Below, in pieces: positions 18,512-28,126 of a stretch of 64,000 nt of DNA. The stretch's first letter is position 1. Each line of letters starts with the position of its first letter. The notes under the pieces are model-generated. The model was not told the origin of the DNA and made no database searches. It was given only the letters and a program-made list of their open reading frames with translations. The DNA is from a bacterium (GTDB lineage Bacteria > Zixibacteria > MSB-5A5 > GN15 > FEB-12): positions 1 through 64,000 of the forward strand of contig JBDRNJ010000024.1 in the NCBI GenBank assembly GCA_043811375.1, given 5' to 3'. Both the position numbers and the translations under genes were made by a program.

Positions 18512-19504
18512 TCAGTTACCAACCCGAACAGCAATCTCGATATAGTACCGACTTGCCAGAAACCTTTCTACTGGTGACGAATAATCGTATATCCCGGGAG
18601 TTTTTACGGCCAGCTCGATGGTGCGAATGCCGTTGGCGTCAGTGTAGGTCGTATCGGATGCGAACGGCTGTCGATGTGGAAAAACCAGCAGTTCCCATTC
18701 GGGGACAAAAACAGGGAGCGAGTTGTCGAATTTGCCATCGGGCAGCATCAGATTGTCAGTGTTGTACTGGTCGAGGCCAAGTATTTCAAGGTAGGATTGG
18801 CTCTCCCCCAGTGTATCCTGATAATCCAGGCAGACGTCGCTTCCTTCACTTCCCGCCTGGCATCTAAACACCTTGATCTGAACATCCTCCCAGGGGACAC
18901 TCGGAATGCGGTAGCAGTTGCGCCACATCAAATTCCAGGTCTCGAACTGAGGGATCAATCGCGTATGGTACATCAACTTCAGCAACAGGGTATCGCCGCT
19001 GATATCACCCACAGAACAGACGCTGCCATCGGCACGTCGAACGTGCATAAAAACCCCCAATGCTCGACTGGAGTTGTGTTGTGAGTCAAAGACAATGTAA
19101 TGCCGGTTCGACTGCGGGTCGCTGACACAGATGTACATTGCCGGGTCAATCGGTCGTACACCTGTATTAGCGGTATTGGTGAAACTGAGATTCTCCAATG
19201 GGAATGCGGTGGTGTCTCGCGGGTCGACAGCCAGGTAAGCGGGCCACGCTGCTTCTCCCGCATACGGCCTGGCCATCTCATACAAGAGAACAGCCATCAC
19301 TGAATCACCGGGCTGGAAGAAGGTATCAGCGGCCAGATCGAATATGCGGCATTCCTGGTAATCGCAGTCTCTGACAAAACTGCGCGAATCAAACAGTGAC
19401 TCCTCATCATGATGGGCGCTCGGGCTGGGTGACTCACAGGAGCCGCCGATCAGCAGAACGGATATTACCCCGGATAGGACCAGACAGAACCACAGTCGCC
19501 TCAT
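18512..19504 (-). CDS. Putative lipoprotein resembling an internal domain of T9SS SprA
   Basis: Signal peptide ending GGSC; LKL..TWNLMWRNCY..YLEILGLD..PDGKFD..LLVFP..QPF..IYD motifs. Confidence 0.65.
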   Translation of the reverse strand: MRRLWFCLVLSGVISVLLIGGSCESPSPSAHHDEESLFDSRSFVRDCDYQECRIFDLAADTFFQPGDSVMAVLLYEMARPYAGEAAWPAYLAVDPRDTTAFPLENLSFTNTANTGVRPIDPAMYICVSDPQSNRHYIVFDSQHNSSRALGVFMHVRRADGSVCSVGDISGDTLLLKLMYHTRLIPQFETWNLMWRNCYRIPSVPWEDVQIKVFRCQAGSEGSDVCLDYQDTLGESQSYLEILGLDQYNTDNLMLPDGKFDNSLPVFVPEWELLVFPHRQPFASDTTYTDANGIRTIELAVKTPGIYDYSSPVERFLASRYYIEIAVRVGN

Positions 19505-19510
19505 TTTGAT

Positions 19511-19539
19511 AAGATACACCTTTCGTTGCCGGATGTCAA
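19511..19539 (-). promoter_or_regulatory. Sigma70-type promoter, likely leaderless
   Basis: TTGACA-17 bp-TATCTT, 6 nt before ATG 19504, no SD. Confidence 0.6.
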
Positions 19540-19647
19540 AATCGCGCGTACTCATGTCGCGAAAGGAGTGCCGCTTGGACAGTGACAACGTCTCCCCTGC
19601 CGGCAACCGCTTTTCACCCCGTCAGCATCGGAATCCATGTGGTCGGC

Positions 19648-21459
19648 TCAGCTATTGGCCAGTTTAACAAAGGCATCCACTTTCGCCAGTTGCCGCCCGA
19701 CGGCGTCCGACCAGAACGCTTCCTCGGTCAGGTCGACACCGAGGTGCTTCTGCGCCACTTCCTCGGTGGTCATACTGCCGGTATCGGTCAGCAGTGCCCG
19801 GTACTTGTCGGCAAACGCCGGACCAATTTTGCGGGCGCGGTCGTACACGCCACCGGAGAACAGGAATCCAAAAGTATAGGGGAAGTTGTAGAAAGGCGAG
19901 TCAGTCGCGTAGAAATGCAGCTTGGTGCACCAGAATAGAGGATGATATCCGGAGTCATCGAGCATCCCGGCAAAAGCTTCCTTTTGCGCGGCTAACATTA
20001 TTTCAGTAAGGCGTTCGCGGGGGACAATTCCGTTCTGCCGTTCGGCGTAAAAAGCGCTGTCGAACAAGAACCGGCTGTGCAGATCGCAAAACATGGTGTA
20101 GGCAGCCTGTAGTTTCTGATCCAGCAGCATCAGCTTCTCCTGTGCGTCGGACGCCTGCTCCAGGGCGGCATCGACCACCAGTGTTTCAGCAAAGATAGAA
20201 GCCGTTTCGCCCAAGTTCATCGGATATTCGGTGGCAAAGAATGGTTTGTTTTTCAGCACCCGGCTGTGGTAGGCGTGGCCCAGTTCGTGGGCCAGTGTGA
20301 GCAGGTTGTCAAACGTCCCGGCGTAAGTCATAAAGATGCGACTCTGCCTCCGGGGACCGGAACCGCAACAGTAACCACCACCGGCCTTGCCGGAACGGTC
20401 CTCGGCCTCGACCCAGCGTTTCTCCAGTGCCATGGATGCAAAATCAGCAAAGTCGGTCGAAAACGGTTTGATATTTTCTATTATGAACTTGCCGGCCTCA
20501 TCAAAGCTGTACAAGCGGTCCATATTACCACAGGGTGCAAACTGGTCGAACCAACTGAACTTGTCGATCCCCAGCAGCTTCTTCTTGGCTTCGATGTATG
20601 GTTTCAGTCTTTGCGTTTCCCGGGCTACCACCCGCCACATGGTCTTGAGAGTACTCTCCTGCAGGCGAGCCATCGTCAACGGTTCGTACAGAGGTGATTT
20701 CCATCCCCGTCGATTGTACAGGGACAACCTGAACCCGGCCTGGGAATTGAGCGCCATGGCGGCCAGATCAGCCATCTTAGCCCAACTCTCACTGAGCTTC
20801 GTAAATGCCTGGCGACGCACCTCACGATCAGGGTGAGCCATCTTGGTGGCCAACTGCCCCATGGACAGGGATGTCGTCTCGCCATTCTCTACAAAGTCAG
20901 TCTTGAGGTCGCCGGCCATCTTGGTGTAGAGAAGGTTCCAGGCATGGTAACCGTTGACCGACAGCTCCAGCGCCAGCGACTCCTGCTCAATCGGCATCTT
21001 GCTGCGGGCAATCACGCGCAGTTCGTTCAGGTAGAAGGCTATTTCTTTCAACTCCGGCGATGTTACCAGCGCCTGCCATTGATCGTCGCTCACTTTCAGG
21101 GAGCGAGCTTCAAGCCCGGTTCGCAGTTTCTTCCACTCGGCGTGATAACCATCGCTTTCCCCTACGAACGCTCGCGCGAGGGCGTCCTCGACATCCTGTG
21201 ACATCAGGCAATAGGCAAACGCCATCACCAGGTCCAGGTCCTCATACAGCGATTGCAGTTTAAGAACGAACTGTGTCCAGTCCGGGCGCGATCCTTCGTC
21301 AAGAGTCTCCGGCAGGTTTTCAAGCATGGCGGCGCCTTCTTTCAGTCCTGCCTTTACTCGCGTGCGATACTCCGCATACTCCCGGGACTTGCTGCCACCG
21401 GGGAATATCGATTCGAGATCCCAGGTTGGCGCCGGTGGTATCTTGGTGATTGTCGTCAT
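19648..21459 (-). CDS. pepF: M3 family oligoendopeptidase F
   Basis: WDLESIF, LAHELGHAYH, ETASIFAE, FYNFPYTFG. Confidence 0.92.
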   Translation of the reverse strand: MTTITKIPPAPTWDLESIFPGGSKSREYAEYRTRVKAGLKEGAAMLENLPETLDEGSRPDWTQFVLKLQSLYEDLDLVMAFAYCLMSQDVEDALARAFVGESDGYHAEWKKLRTGLEARSLKVSDDQWQALVTSPELKEIAFYLNELRVIARSKMPIEQESLALELSVNGYHAWNLLYTKMAGDLKTDFVENGETTSLSMGQLATKMAHPDREVRRQAFTKLSESWAKMADLAAMALNSQAGFRLSLYNRRGWKSPLYEPLTMARLQESTLKTMWRVVARETQRLKPYIEAKKKLLGIDKFSWFDQFAPCGNMDRLYSFDEAGKFIIENIKPFSTDFADFASMALEKRWVEAEDRSGKAGGGYCCGSGPRRQSRIFMTYAGTFDNLLTLAHELGHAYHSRVLKNKPFFATEYPMNLGETASIFAETLVVDAALEQASDAQEKLMLLDQKLQAAYTMFCDLHSRFLFDSAFYAERQNGIVPRERLTEIMLAAQKEAFAGMLDDSGYHPLFWCTKLHFYATDSPFYNFPYTFGFLFSGGVYDRARKIGPAFADKYRALLTDTGSMTTEEVAQKHLGVDLTEEAFWSDAVGRQLAKVDAFVKLANS

Positions 21460-21486
21460 AGTTAATCTCCGAATAGGTGTCTCACT

Positions 21487-22269
21487 TTATCGACCGGTAA
21501 ATTCCGCCTTACGTTTTTCCAGAAAGGCGGTCATCCCTTCGTTCTTGTCACTGGTGCCGCAGGTCTGCCCGAAGAAGACCTTCTCCAGATCACTCCCGAC
21601 CGAGAGACCGGCCTCCAACCCACGGTTAATACACTCCTTGGCCGCAGCAACTGCTACCGGACCTTTCGAGCAGATCAGCTTAGCCATTTCCATAGCCTTG
21701 TCCATCAACTCATCAGGGGGATAAACTTCGTCGACCAATCCGATGCGGTGTGCCTCGGCGGCGTTGATCATCTCTCCGGTCAAAATCAACTGCATAGCCT
21801 TACCGCGTCCGACCAGGCGCGACAGCCGCTGGGTGCCACCGTAACCGGGAATGACGCCCAGACTAACCTCCGGCTGGCCCAATTTGGCCTTATCTGATGC
21901 CAGGCGGATATCACAGGCCATAGCCAGTTCGCAACCGCCGCCAAGCGCAAAACCGTTGACCGCCGCAATTACCGGTTTAGGGAAATGCTGAATGGTTTTC
22001 ATCAGGTACTGTCCGCGCGCCGACAGCTCAGTACCGTTCAGCATATCCAGTTTGGCCAGTTCCGTTATGTCGGCCCCGGCCACAAACGCCTTACCGGCGC
22101 CGGTGATAATGACACAACCGACAGCATTGTCGCTCCAGTGCTCACTGAACAATTGCTGCAGTTCGGCAATCGTCTCCTTGTTGAGTGCGTTGAGTGCCTT
22201 CTCCCGATTGATCGTGACCACCAGCACCACGTCTTTTTGTTCCACAATGAGATTCTTGTATTCGCCCAT
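21487..22269 (-). CDS. Enoyl-CoA hydratase / crotonase
   Basis: FVAGADI, NGFALGGGCELAMACD, GQPEV, PGYGGTQRL. Confidence 0.95.
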   Translation of the reverse strand: MGEYKNLIVEQKDVVLVVTINREKALNALNKETIAELQQLFSEHWSDNAVGCVIITGAGKAFVAGADITELAKLDMLNGTELSARGQYLMKTIQHFPKPVIAAVNGFALGGGCELAMACDIRLASDKAKLGQPEVSLGVIPGYGGTQRLSRLVGRGKAMQLILTGEMINAAEAHRIGLVDEVYPPDELMDKAMEMAKLICSKGPVAVAAAKECINRGLEAGLSVGSDLEKVFFGQTCGTSDKNEGMTAFLEKRKAEFTGR

Positions 22270-22361
22270 CGTTAAACCTTTCCTTTATGTATCCTCACTT
22301 AACATAAACAGTTACAGTATATTCTGTCTCGATTGATCGAACTGTCTGTGCGCCGACCGGG

Positions 22362-22838
22362 TTACCTCACCTGGCGTTCCATTCTCAGTCCGGCCACTTG
22401 CTGCGCGGTACTGACCAGTTCAAAACCCGCCTTAAGGTAGCAGCCCAGGGTGATCTCGTCGCCGCTGAGAAAGTTTATGATCACTTTGGCGACATTCGAT
22501 CTGGCGGCGGCTCGCTCGTACAATAGATTCAGCATCTTGGTTCCGTAACCGCGTGAGCGCTGGTAGGGTGCTACTATCAGGTGGGCAGCCTCGACCGCCA
22601 TCTCCAGCGGCTTGTCCCACAGCTCGCCGTAGGCAACCAGCTTACCCGAGGTAAACAGTATGTAGGAGGTCACCCCGTCCCGCTGCCAGGAATCAATGAG
22701 GCCGTCCGATGGTGGAAACTGCGTCCCCCGGCAGACGTCGCGATACGTTTCCTCGGAATCGATCCAGGACAGCACCACCCGGGAATATTCAGCAGTGTAG
22801 GGAATGATGTCGGCTTTGACGTGAATCGGTTCATCCAT
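22362..22838 (-). CDS. GNAT family N-acetyltransferase
   Basis: VAPYQRSRGYG acetyl-CoA motif, YLKAGF. Confidence 0.85.
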   Translation of the reverse strand: MDEPIHVKADIIPYTAEYSRVVLSWIDSEETYRDVCRGTQFPPSDGLIDSWQRDGVTSYILFTSGKLVAYGELWDKPLEMAVEAAHLIVAPYQRSRGYGTKMLNLLYERAAARSNVAKVIINFLSGDEITLGCYLKAGFELVSTAQQVAGLRMERQVR

Positions 22839-22964
22839 TTGTCATTGGCTCCATTCTATGAAGGAGCAATATACGTCAGGAGCCACCGCCGCGCAACCGG
22901 CAGAAAGGGCAGCAGCAGATCGATTACGCCACCCCAAACAAGTAGGCTGGGTCATAATAAAGTT

Positions 22965-23094
22965 TCGTCAGGTCTTGCCACCGACGAAGTCGGGGGTGTG
23001 ACCTGACGATCATCCCACAAGTCCAGTTCTGGTAGGTCAAGCCTACTTGGGGCTTGACATTCATTTTGTCATGCCGCGAGTCGGCATGACCTAC
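22965..23094. repeat. Cluster of REP-like palindromes
   Basis: TCGTCAGGTC...GACCTGACGA hairpin (22965-23009) and GTAGGTCA...TGACCTAC inverted pair (23032-23094). Confidence 0.65.
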
Positions 23095-23102
23095 TGCAAC
23101 TG

Positions 23103-24011
23103 CTATTCCTTCACCCTGCGCTGGTTATAAAGTGCATCGGGATCCGAAAGATTGACCGGTTGATACATCATGTAATCCGGCTCGAAGTAGAACGTCTGTA
23201 CACTCATAGGGTAATCCAGAAAAGTGAGTTGCCGACTCTCGCCTCCGGGGTTAAGTGACCATATATTGCGAACACCATCAATCTCTTTCAGACAAATCAG
23301 AGGTGACGACCGACTTCGCCTATTGGCACTGATGTTGTCGGTGCCCAACTCCCGGTGAATCATGAGGGAGTCTGAAGCAATGTCATAAACAAGGATCAAG
23401 CCCGCCTCAAGATTGGAGCTGTCGGCCGACCCAAAGGTAACAAACAGAAACTGCGCGAAATCATGTGACATGAACCCACAGCGCCAACCCTTCAGAACGC
23501 GTATGACCTCCCACCGGTTAGCCGGCATCATCCTGACGATCTCCGCTATGCTTTCTTCCTTGTTCCCCCAAAAAGCCCTCAGGAGAGTGGAGTGTGGGTT
23601 TGAGAAGTTGAGGATGTCTTTGTTCTGTAACCAGTTACCCGGAGCGCTGTTAGCTTTGGAAACCAAGGTGTCATGCTTCTCTGAAGGCGACAGTATCACT
23701 CTTATCAGGTGTGTGAGACTATCCCCGATGGTTGTACATACAAAGGCGTTGGTATCACAGGCAAGGATCTGTCGGGCTACGATGCTGTCGATTACCTCGT
23801 GGTCCCAGCGGCCACCCCCTTGCAGCATACGAACGAAATAGTATTTCCTATCGTACTCGTAGTAACAAGAAGCAGTATCTTCCGCTATGATCACCTTATA
23901 GGCGCGAGCTTGGTCGAGGCGTAGCCACGTCGGCCCTACTTCCCAGTCTCCGGCCCTCGGCGCAGGGATCAGGAAGCTGCTAAGCAATATAATGTACAAA
24001 GTTGTTCTCAT
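23103..24011 (-). CDS. Hypothetical secreted protein (possible TolB-like beta-propeller blades at C-terminus)
   Basis: Signal peptide MRTTLYIILL..., GAGGT RBS; NIWSLNPGGESRQLT. Confidence 0.65.
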   Translation of the reverse strand: MRTTLYIILLSSFLIPAPRAGDWEVGPTWLRLDQARAYKVIIAEDTASCYYEYDRKYYFVRMLQGGGRWDHEVIDSIVARQILACDTNAFVCTTIGDSLTHLIRVILSPSEKHDTLVSKANSAPGNWLQNKDILNFSNPHSTLLRAFWGNKEESIAEIVRMMPANRWEVIRVLKGWRCGFMSHDFAQFLFVTFGSADSSNLEAGLILVYDIASDSLMIHRELGTDNISANRRSRSSPLICLKEIDGVRNIWSLNPGGESRQLTFLDYPMSVQTFYFEPDYMMYQPVNLSDPDALYNQRRVKE

Positions 24012-24063
24012 TCTGACCTCAGTCACACCCGCCCTCTTCGGGACCTGCACTGCCTGATCAGAT

Positions 24064-24789
24064 TCAATCCCGTGCTCCTTTGGCATCAATTGTGTCCTCA
24101 CACGGTACTGCAATAGAGCCCCAGAGAGGCTCAGGCAGTTCCAGGCACAGGCCGCTGGTAGTCTTACCACCCTGCCAGTGTATGTCAAGTAAGAGACTAG
24201 TGGAACCCGAAAAACTCAAGCTTAGCGAATCAACACCAAGCACAAAGATCCGCTCTGAAGCAGATTTCCCTGTTAAAGAGGACGTTCTTATCAACGTCAA
24301 TCCCGAGAAATCCTCAATTTCATATGCCGCTGCAACAAACTGATCGCTGGAGTCAATGGCAGATTGCCGGACCTCAGCGAGTGTGTCGGTACCCCACAGT
24401 TTTAGCTTGCCAGGGGGTTTATCGAGATTCAGTAGGAAGTACCACTCGAAATTACCTGGGCTCACGTCATAGGTAGCTGCGAACAATACGTTATTGTCGA
24501 CTATGTACATCTGAGCCTTTGAGGCCCGTTTGATCAAGCGAACCAACTCTCGCTCTCCGTCTGCCTCGTGACCTGATTTCAGTAAGAAGATCCCAAGCAC
24601 GTATGGTGTCATAGCGAAAGATGCCTGCAGCCTGGCCACTACGTGGTGTTCACTGTTGAATACAGAGGCAACTGTGCGCCATCTCAACGAACAGGATAGG
24701 AACATAACGCAAATCAGCAGCAGTATCGGGGTAACAGTATGGACCAGGACCCGAAGCACGATGTACAGGATAAACTTAAGTCTACTCAT
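24064..24789 (-). CDS. Hypothetical membrane-anchored or secreted protein
   Basis: GGAGGT RBS, hydrophobic N-terminus, 241 aa. Confidence 0.6.
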   Translation of the reverse strand: MSRLKFILYIVLRVLVHTVTPILLLICVMFLSCSLRWRTVASVFNSEHHVVARLQASFAMTPYVLGIFLLKSGHEADGERELVRLIKRASKAQMYIVDNNVLFAATYDVSPGNFEWYFLLNLDKPPGKLKLWGTDTLAEVRQSAIDSSDQFVAAAYEIEDFSGLTLIRTSSLTGKSASERIFVLGVDSLSLSFSGSTSLLLDIHWQGGKTTSGLCLELPEPLWGSIAVPCEDTIDAKGARD

Positions 24790-24836
24790 CTCTCAATTCA
24801 CCTCCCGCGATATAAGCCTTACCACCTTCCCCTATT

Positions 24837-26285
24837 CTACAAAAATGCAAACAGCGCCGACTGCGAAATTTCCAGCAGTCGTTGCGGGAAGAAGCCCAGG
24901 CCGAGTGTGCCGACAGCTGTTATCAGCAGCGCCAGTAAAATCGCCGGTGAGTATCTGACCGATATGAATGCCCCCTCCGGCTGGTCGAGGTAGCTCGCCT
25001 TAATCACGCGCAGGTAGTAGTAGACGGACAAGAACGAGTTCATGACACCGATCACTGTCAACCAGATATAACCGGCCTTAACAGCCGCCGAGAAGATATA
25101 GAACTTGCCGACAAAACCGACCGTGGGCGGGAACCCGGCCAGCGAAAACATGAACAGCGCCAGCACCGCCGCCAGGTAGGGGTTAGCCCGTGAGAGGCCG
25201 TTGAGTTCGGTAAAATCAGACTTGCAGCCGGAGCGCGTCTCCAGTAGAGTGACTACCGCAAAAGCGCCCAGGTTGAACATGGCGTAGGCCACCAGGTAAA
25301 AGACCGCCGCCGAGATAGCATCCTCTCCCCCAACCGCCAACGCCACCAGCAGGTAACCGGAGTGAGCAATCGATGAATAGGCCAGCATCCGTTTGACGTT
25401 TTCCTGCCTTAGCGCCATAATGTTACCGACAGTCATGGTCAGCACCGCCAGCACCCAGAAGACAGTCCCCAGCGCTTCGATTTCTGTAAACCCGATGGCG
25501 AATATCCGCAACAGCACCGCAAACCCAGCTGCTTTGGGTCCCACCGAGAAGAAGGTCGTCATCGGTGTCGGCGCGCCCTGGTAGACATCGGGCACCCAGG
25601 TATGGAATGGCACGGCGGCCACTTTGAACCCGAAACCAACCAGAATCAGCGACACCCCCAGGTAGAGGTAGAGTTGATAATTGGAGACGATGAAGTGACA
25701 GTCGGCGATCAATCGGCGCAGGTCGGTAGTTCCGGAGGCTCCGAAAACAAAAGCGATACCCATCAGCAGGAAGGCGCTGGCGAAAGCACCCATGATGAAA
25801 TACTTGATACCGGCCTCGTTGGACTCCAGTGAGCGCCGCGCGAATCCGGCCATCACATACAACGGCACCGACATGATCTCCAGGCCGAGGAACATGACTA
25901 TCAGGTCGGTGGTGTTGGCCATGATCATCATGCCCGCCGTTGAGATCATCAGCAGTGGGTAAAACTCCGGCCGGGCGATACCCTTGGCGTGAAGGAAGCG
26001 GTGAGCGATCAGCAGCGCCAGCACCGAAGTGCCTGCAAAGATTACTTTGAGGGCCACCCCGAAGCTGTCGCAGGTAACCATGCCGGAGAACCCGGATTGC
26101 TGATGTCCCCACTGGGCAACGGCCAGCGCCATAGACACAAGCAATCCCAACAACGACAGGCCGAAACACAACGGTTGCAACCGACGCACACAGCCGATTA
26201 GAAGTACCAGTGCGGCTGTTGCCAGGAGGGCTATCTCCGGGTAAATCAGGTCAAAACTTATCGCTGCTGAAGTCCAGTCAATCAT
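24837..26285 (-). CDS. nuoN: NADH-quinone oxidoreductase subunit N
   Basis: EAGIKYF, GFKVAAVPFHTWVPDVYQGAP, KRMLAYSSIAH. Confidence 0.97.
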   Translation of the reverse strand: MIDWTSAAISFDLIYPEIALLATAALVLLIGCVRRLQPLCFGLSLLGLLVSMALAVAQWGHQQSGFSGMVTCDSFGVALKVIFAGTSVLALLIAHRFLHAKGIARPEFYPLLMISTAGMMIMANTTDLIVMFLGLEIMSVPLYVMAGFARRSLESNEAGIKYFIMGAFASAFLLMGIAFVFGASGTTDLRRLIADCHFIVSNYQLYLYLGVSLILVGFGFKVAAVPFHTWVPDVYQGAPTPMTTFFSVGPKAAGFAVLLRIFAIGFTEIEALGTVFWVLAVLTMTVGNIMALRQENVKRMLAYSSIAHSGYLLVALAVGGEDAISAAVFYLVAYAMFNLGAFAVVTLLETRSGCKSDFTELNGLSRANPYLAAVLALFMFSLAGFPPTVGFVGKFYIFSAAVKAGYIWLTVIGVMNSFLSVYYYLRVIKASYLDQPEGAFISVRYSPAILLALLITAVGTLGLGFFPQRLLEISQSALFAFL

Positions 26286-26297
26286 ATAACCTACTCA

Positions 26298-26313
26298 GGC
26301 GGCGACCGCCGCC
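26298..26313 (-). promoter_or_regulatory. Putative bacterial SECIS hairpin
   Basis: GGCGGC-GGTC-GCCGCC stem-loop starting 15 nt after the in-frame TGA at 26329-26331. Confidence 0.75.
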
Positions 26314-26319
26314 ACAATT

Positions 26320-26541
26320 TCAAAATCCTCAGCCACCACCGAATCCGAGTTTTACTTCATCCTGGTCCACGATGACCGGGACAATCCTCTCTCCTTTGGT
26401 CAACTCAAGAATCATGTCTTTGGCATCGGGCGTCCGGCTGATGTTGACTTCCGTGAAGGCGATGCCTTCATCGGTATAGTGCTTTTTGGCCGCCTCGCAA
26501 TAGGGGCAGCCATCCTTGGTGTAGATGGTAACGTTACTCAT
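26320..26541 (-). CDS. Glutaredoxin-like probable selenoprotein, Uxx-star type (CPYC; ends GFGGG-U-G-F*)
   Basis: YTKDGCPYC, IVPVIV; TGA GGA TTT TGA tail plus SECIS-like hairpin; GGAGG RBS; start overlaps nuoM stop. Confidence 0.85.
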
Positions 26542-28123
26542 CGGATATTTCCTCCGCATGATCCGTTATTTCAATCACTGGTGCATCCCCAACCGTCAGG
26601 GATTCGGATAATTGGAAACCGTCGTCGCTCTGGACGGTACTGGCCCGGCTGACCTGTTGGAGCACCTGTCGGGCAGCCGGCTCAATCCGCTCAAACAGGG
26701 GACGCGGGTAGATGCCTATGAAGAATATCAACAGGACCAGCGGAATGAGGATTATCTTCTCGCGCCAGTCCAGGTCTTTCAGGTGCCGGTTTTCCTCCCG
26801 GGTAACCTTCCCGAAAAACACCCGCTGGTACATCCACAACATATAACAGGCGGCAAAAACCACGCCGCTGGCGGCAATGATACCGTACACAGCGTTGGCT
26901 TTGAAAACTCCCAGCAGGATCAGAAACTCACCGACAAAACCGTTGGTGAACGGCAACCCTATAGACGACAGGGTGACAATCATAAAGAACGTCGCATAGG
27001 TCGGCATCACCTTGGCAAGGCCGCCGAAGTCGGCAATCATGCGCGTGTGGCGTCGCTCGTAGATCATCCCCACCAACAGGAACAGAGCGCCGGTGGAAAT
27101 ACCGTGGTTAATCATCTGCAACACCGAACCTTCCAGGCCTTCCAGGTTGAGGGCAAACATCCCCAGCATGATAAATCCCATGTGCGACACCGACGAGAAA
27201 GCCACCAGTGACTTGACGTCCTTCTGGACCATCGCCACCAGGGCGCCGTAAATGATGGCGATCACCGACAGCACGCAGATGTAAGGCAGGTAAGCTAACG
27301 TCGCCTCGGGAAACATCGGCAGGCAGATACGGATAAAGCCGTAAGTACCCATCTTCAGCAGGACACCGGCCAGGATCACCGACCCGGCCGTCGGCGCCTC
27401 CACGTGGGCATCGGGCAGCCAGGTATGGAACGGGAAAAGCGGTACCTTGATGGCAAAGGCCAGCGCGAAGGCTCCGAAGAGCCACAACTGCACACTGACC
27501 GGGATAGGCATCTGCGTCATCTTGAGCAGGTCAAACGAGTACTCGCCGGCAAAACTGTGGTAGGCAAACAGCAGATACAAAACGCCCACCAGCATCAACA
27601 ACGAGCCGAACATGGTAAACAAAACGAACTTGATAGCGGCATACATTCGGCGCGGTCCGCCCCAGACCCCGATAATGAAATACATCGGGACCAGCATCAC
27701 TTCCCAGAAGACATAGAACAAGAACAGGTCAAGGGAGCAGAACACTCCGATCATACCGGTTTGCAGCAGCAGCATTGATGCGAAGTACCCCTTGACGCCG
27801 GTGGTGATCGAATTCCACGAGGCCAGAATACACAGCACCGTCAGGACCGTGGTCAGCACTATCAGCAGCAGGGATATGCCGTCTATGCCCAGGTGGTAAT
27901 GAATCCCCAGCGATGTCACCCAGGGCAGGTTGATTTCAAACTGCATGCCGTTGGCAACCGGGTCGAACATGACGTATAGCCAAATCGACAGCAGCATGGT
28001 GACAAAGGCGATAATCAGACTGATCGACTTGATACTGTCATGCCGGTGACGCGGCACGAGCAGCAACAGGATGGCTCCCAGCGCAGGGAAAAACGTCACT
28101 AATGTAAGAATCCTGTCTTCCAC
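26534..28123 (-). CDS. nuoM: NADH-quinone oxidoreductase subunit M
   Basis: FYVFWE, IKVPLFPFHTWLPDAHVEAP, LLKMGTYG. Confidence 0.97.
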   Translation of the reverse strand: MEDRILTLVTFFPALGAILLLLVPRHRHDSIKSISLIIAFVTMLLSIWLYVMFDPVANGMQFEINLPWVTSLGIHYHLGIDGISLLLIVLTTVLTVLCILASWNSITTGVKGYFASMLLLQTGMIGVFCSLDLFLFYVFWEVMLVPMYFIIGVWGGPRRMYAAIKFVLFTMFGSLLMLVGVLYLLFAYHSFAGEYSFDLLKMTQMPIPVSVQLWLFGAFALAFAIKVPLFPFHTWLPDAHVEAPTAGSVILAGVLLKMGTYGFIRICLPMFPEATLAYLPYICVLSVIAIIYGALVAMVQKDVKSLVAFSSVSHMGFIMLGMFALNLEGLEGSVLQMINHGISTGALFLLVGMIYERRHTRMIADFGGLAKVMPTYATFFMIVTLSSIGLPFTNGFVGEFLILLGVFKANAVYGIIAASGVVFAACYMLWMYQRVFFGKVTREENRHLKDLDWREKIILIPLVLLIFFIGIYPRPLFERIEPAARQVLQQVSRASTVQSDDGFQLSESLTVGDAPVIEITDHAEEISDE

Positions 28124-28126
28124 TCA

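Noticed and set aside
26278..26322. Second TGA of the glutaredoxin gene as another Sec codon
   Set aside because: The hairpin starts only 6 nt after it, too close, and the Uxx-stop pattern fits termination there
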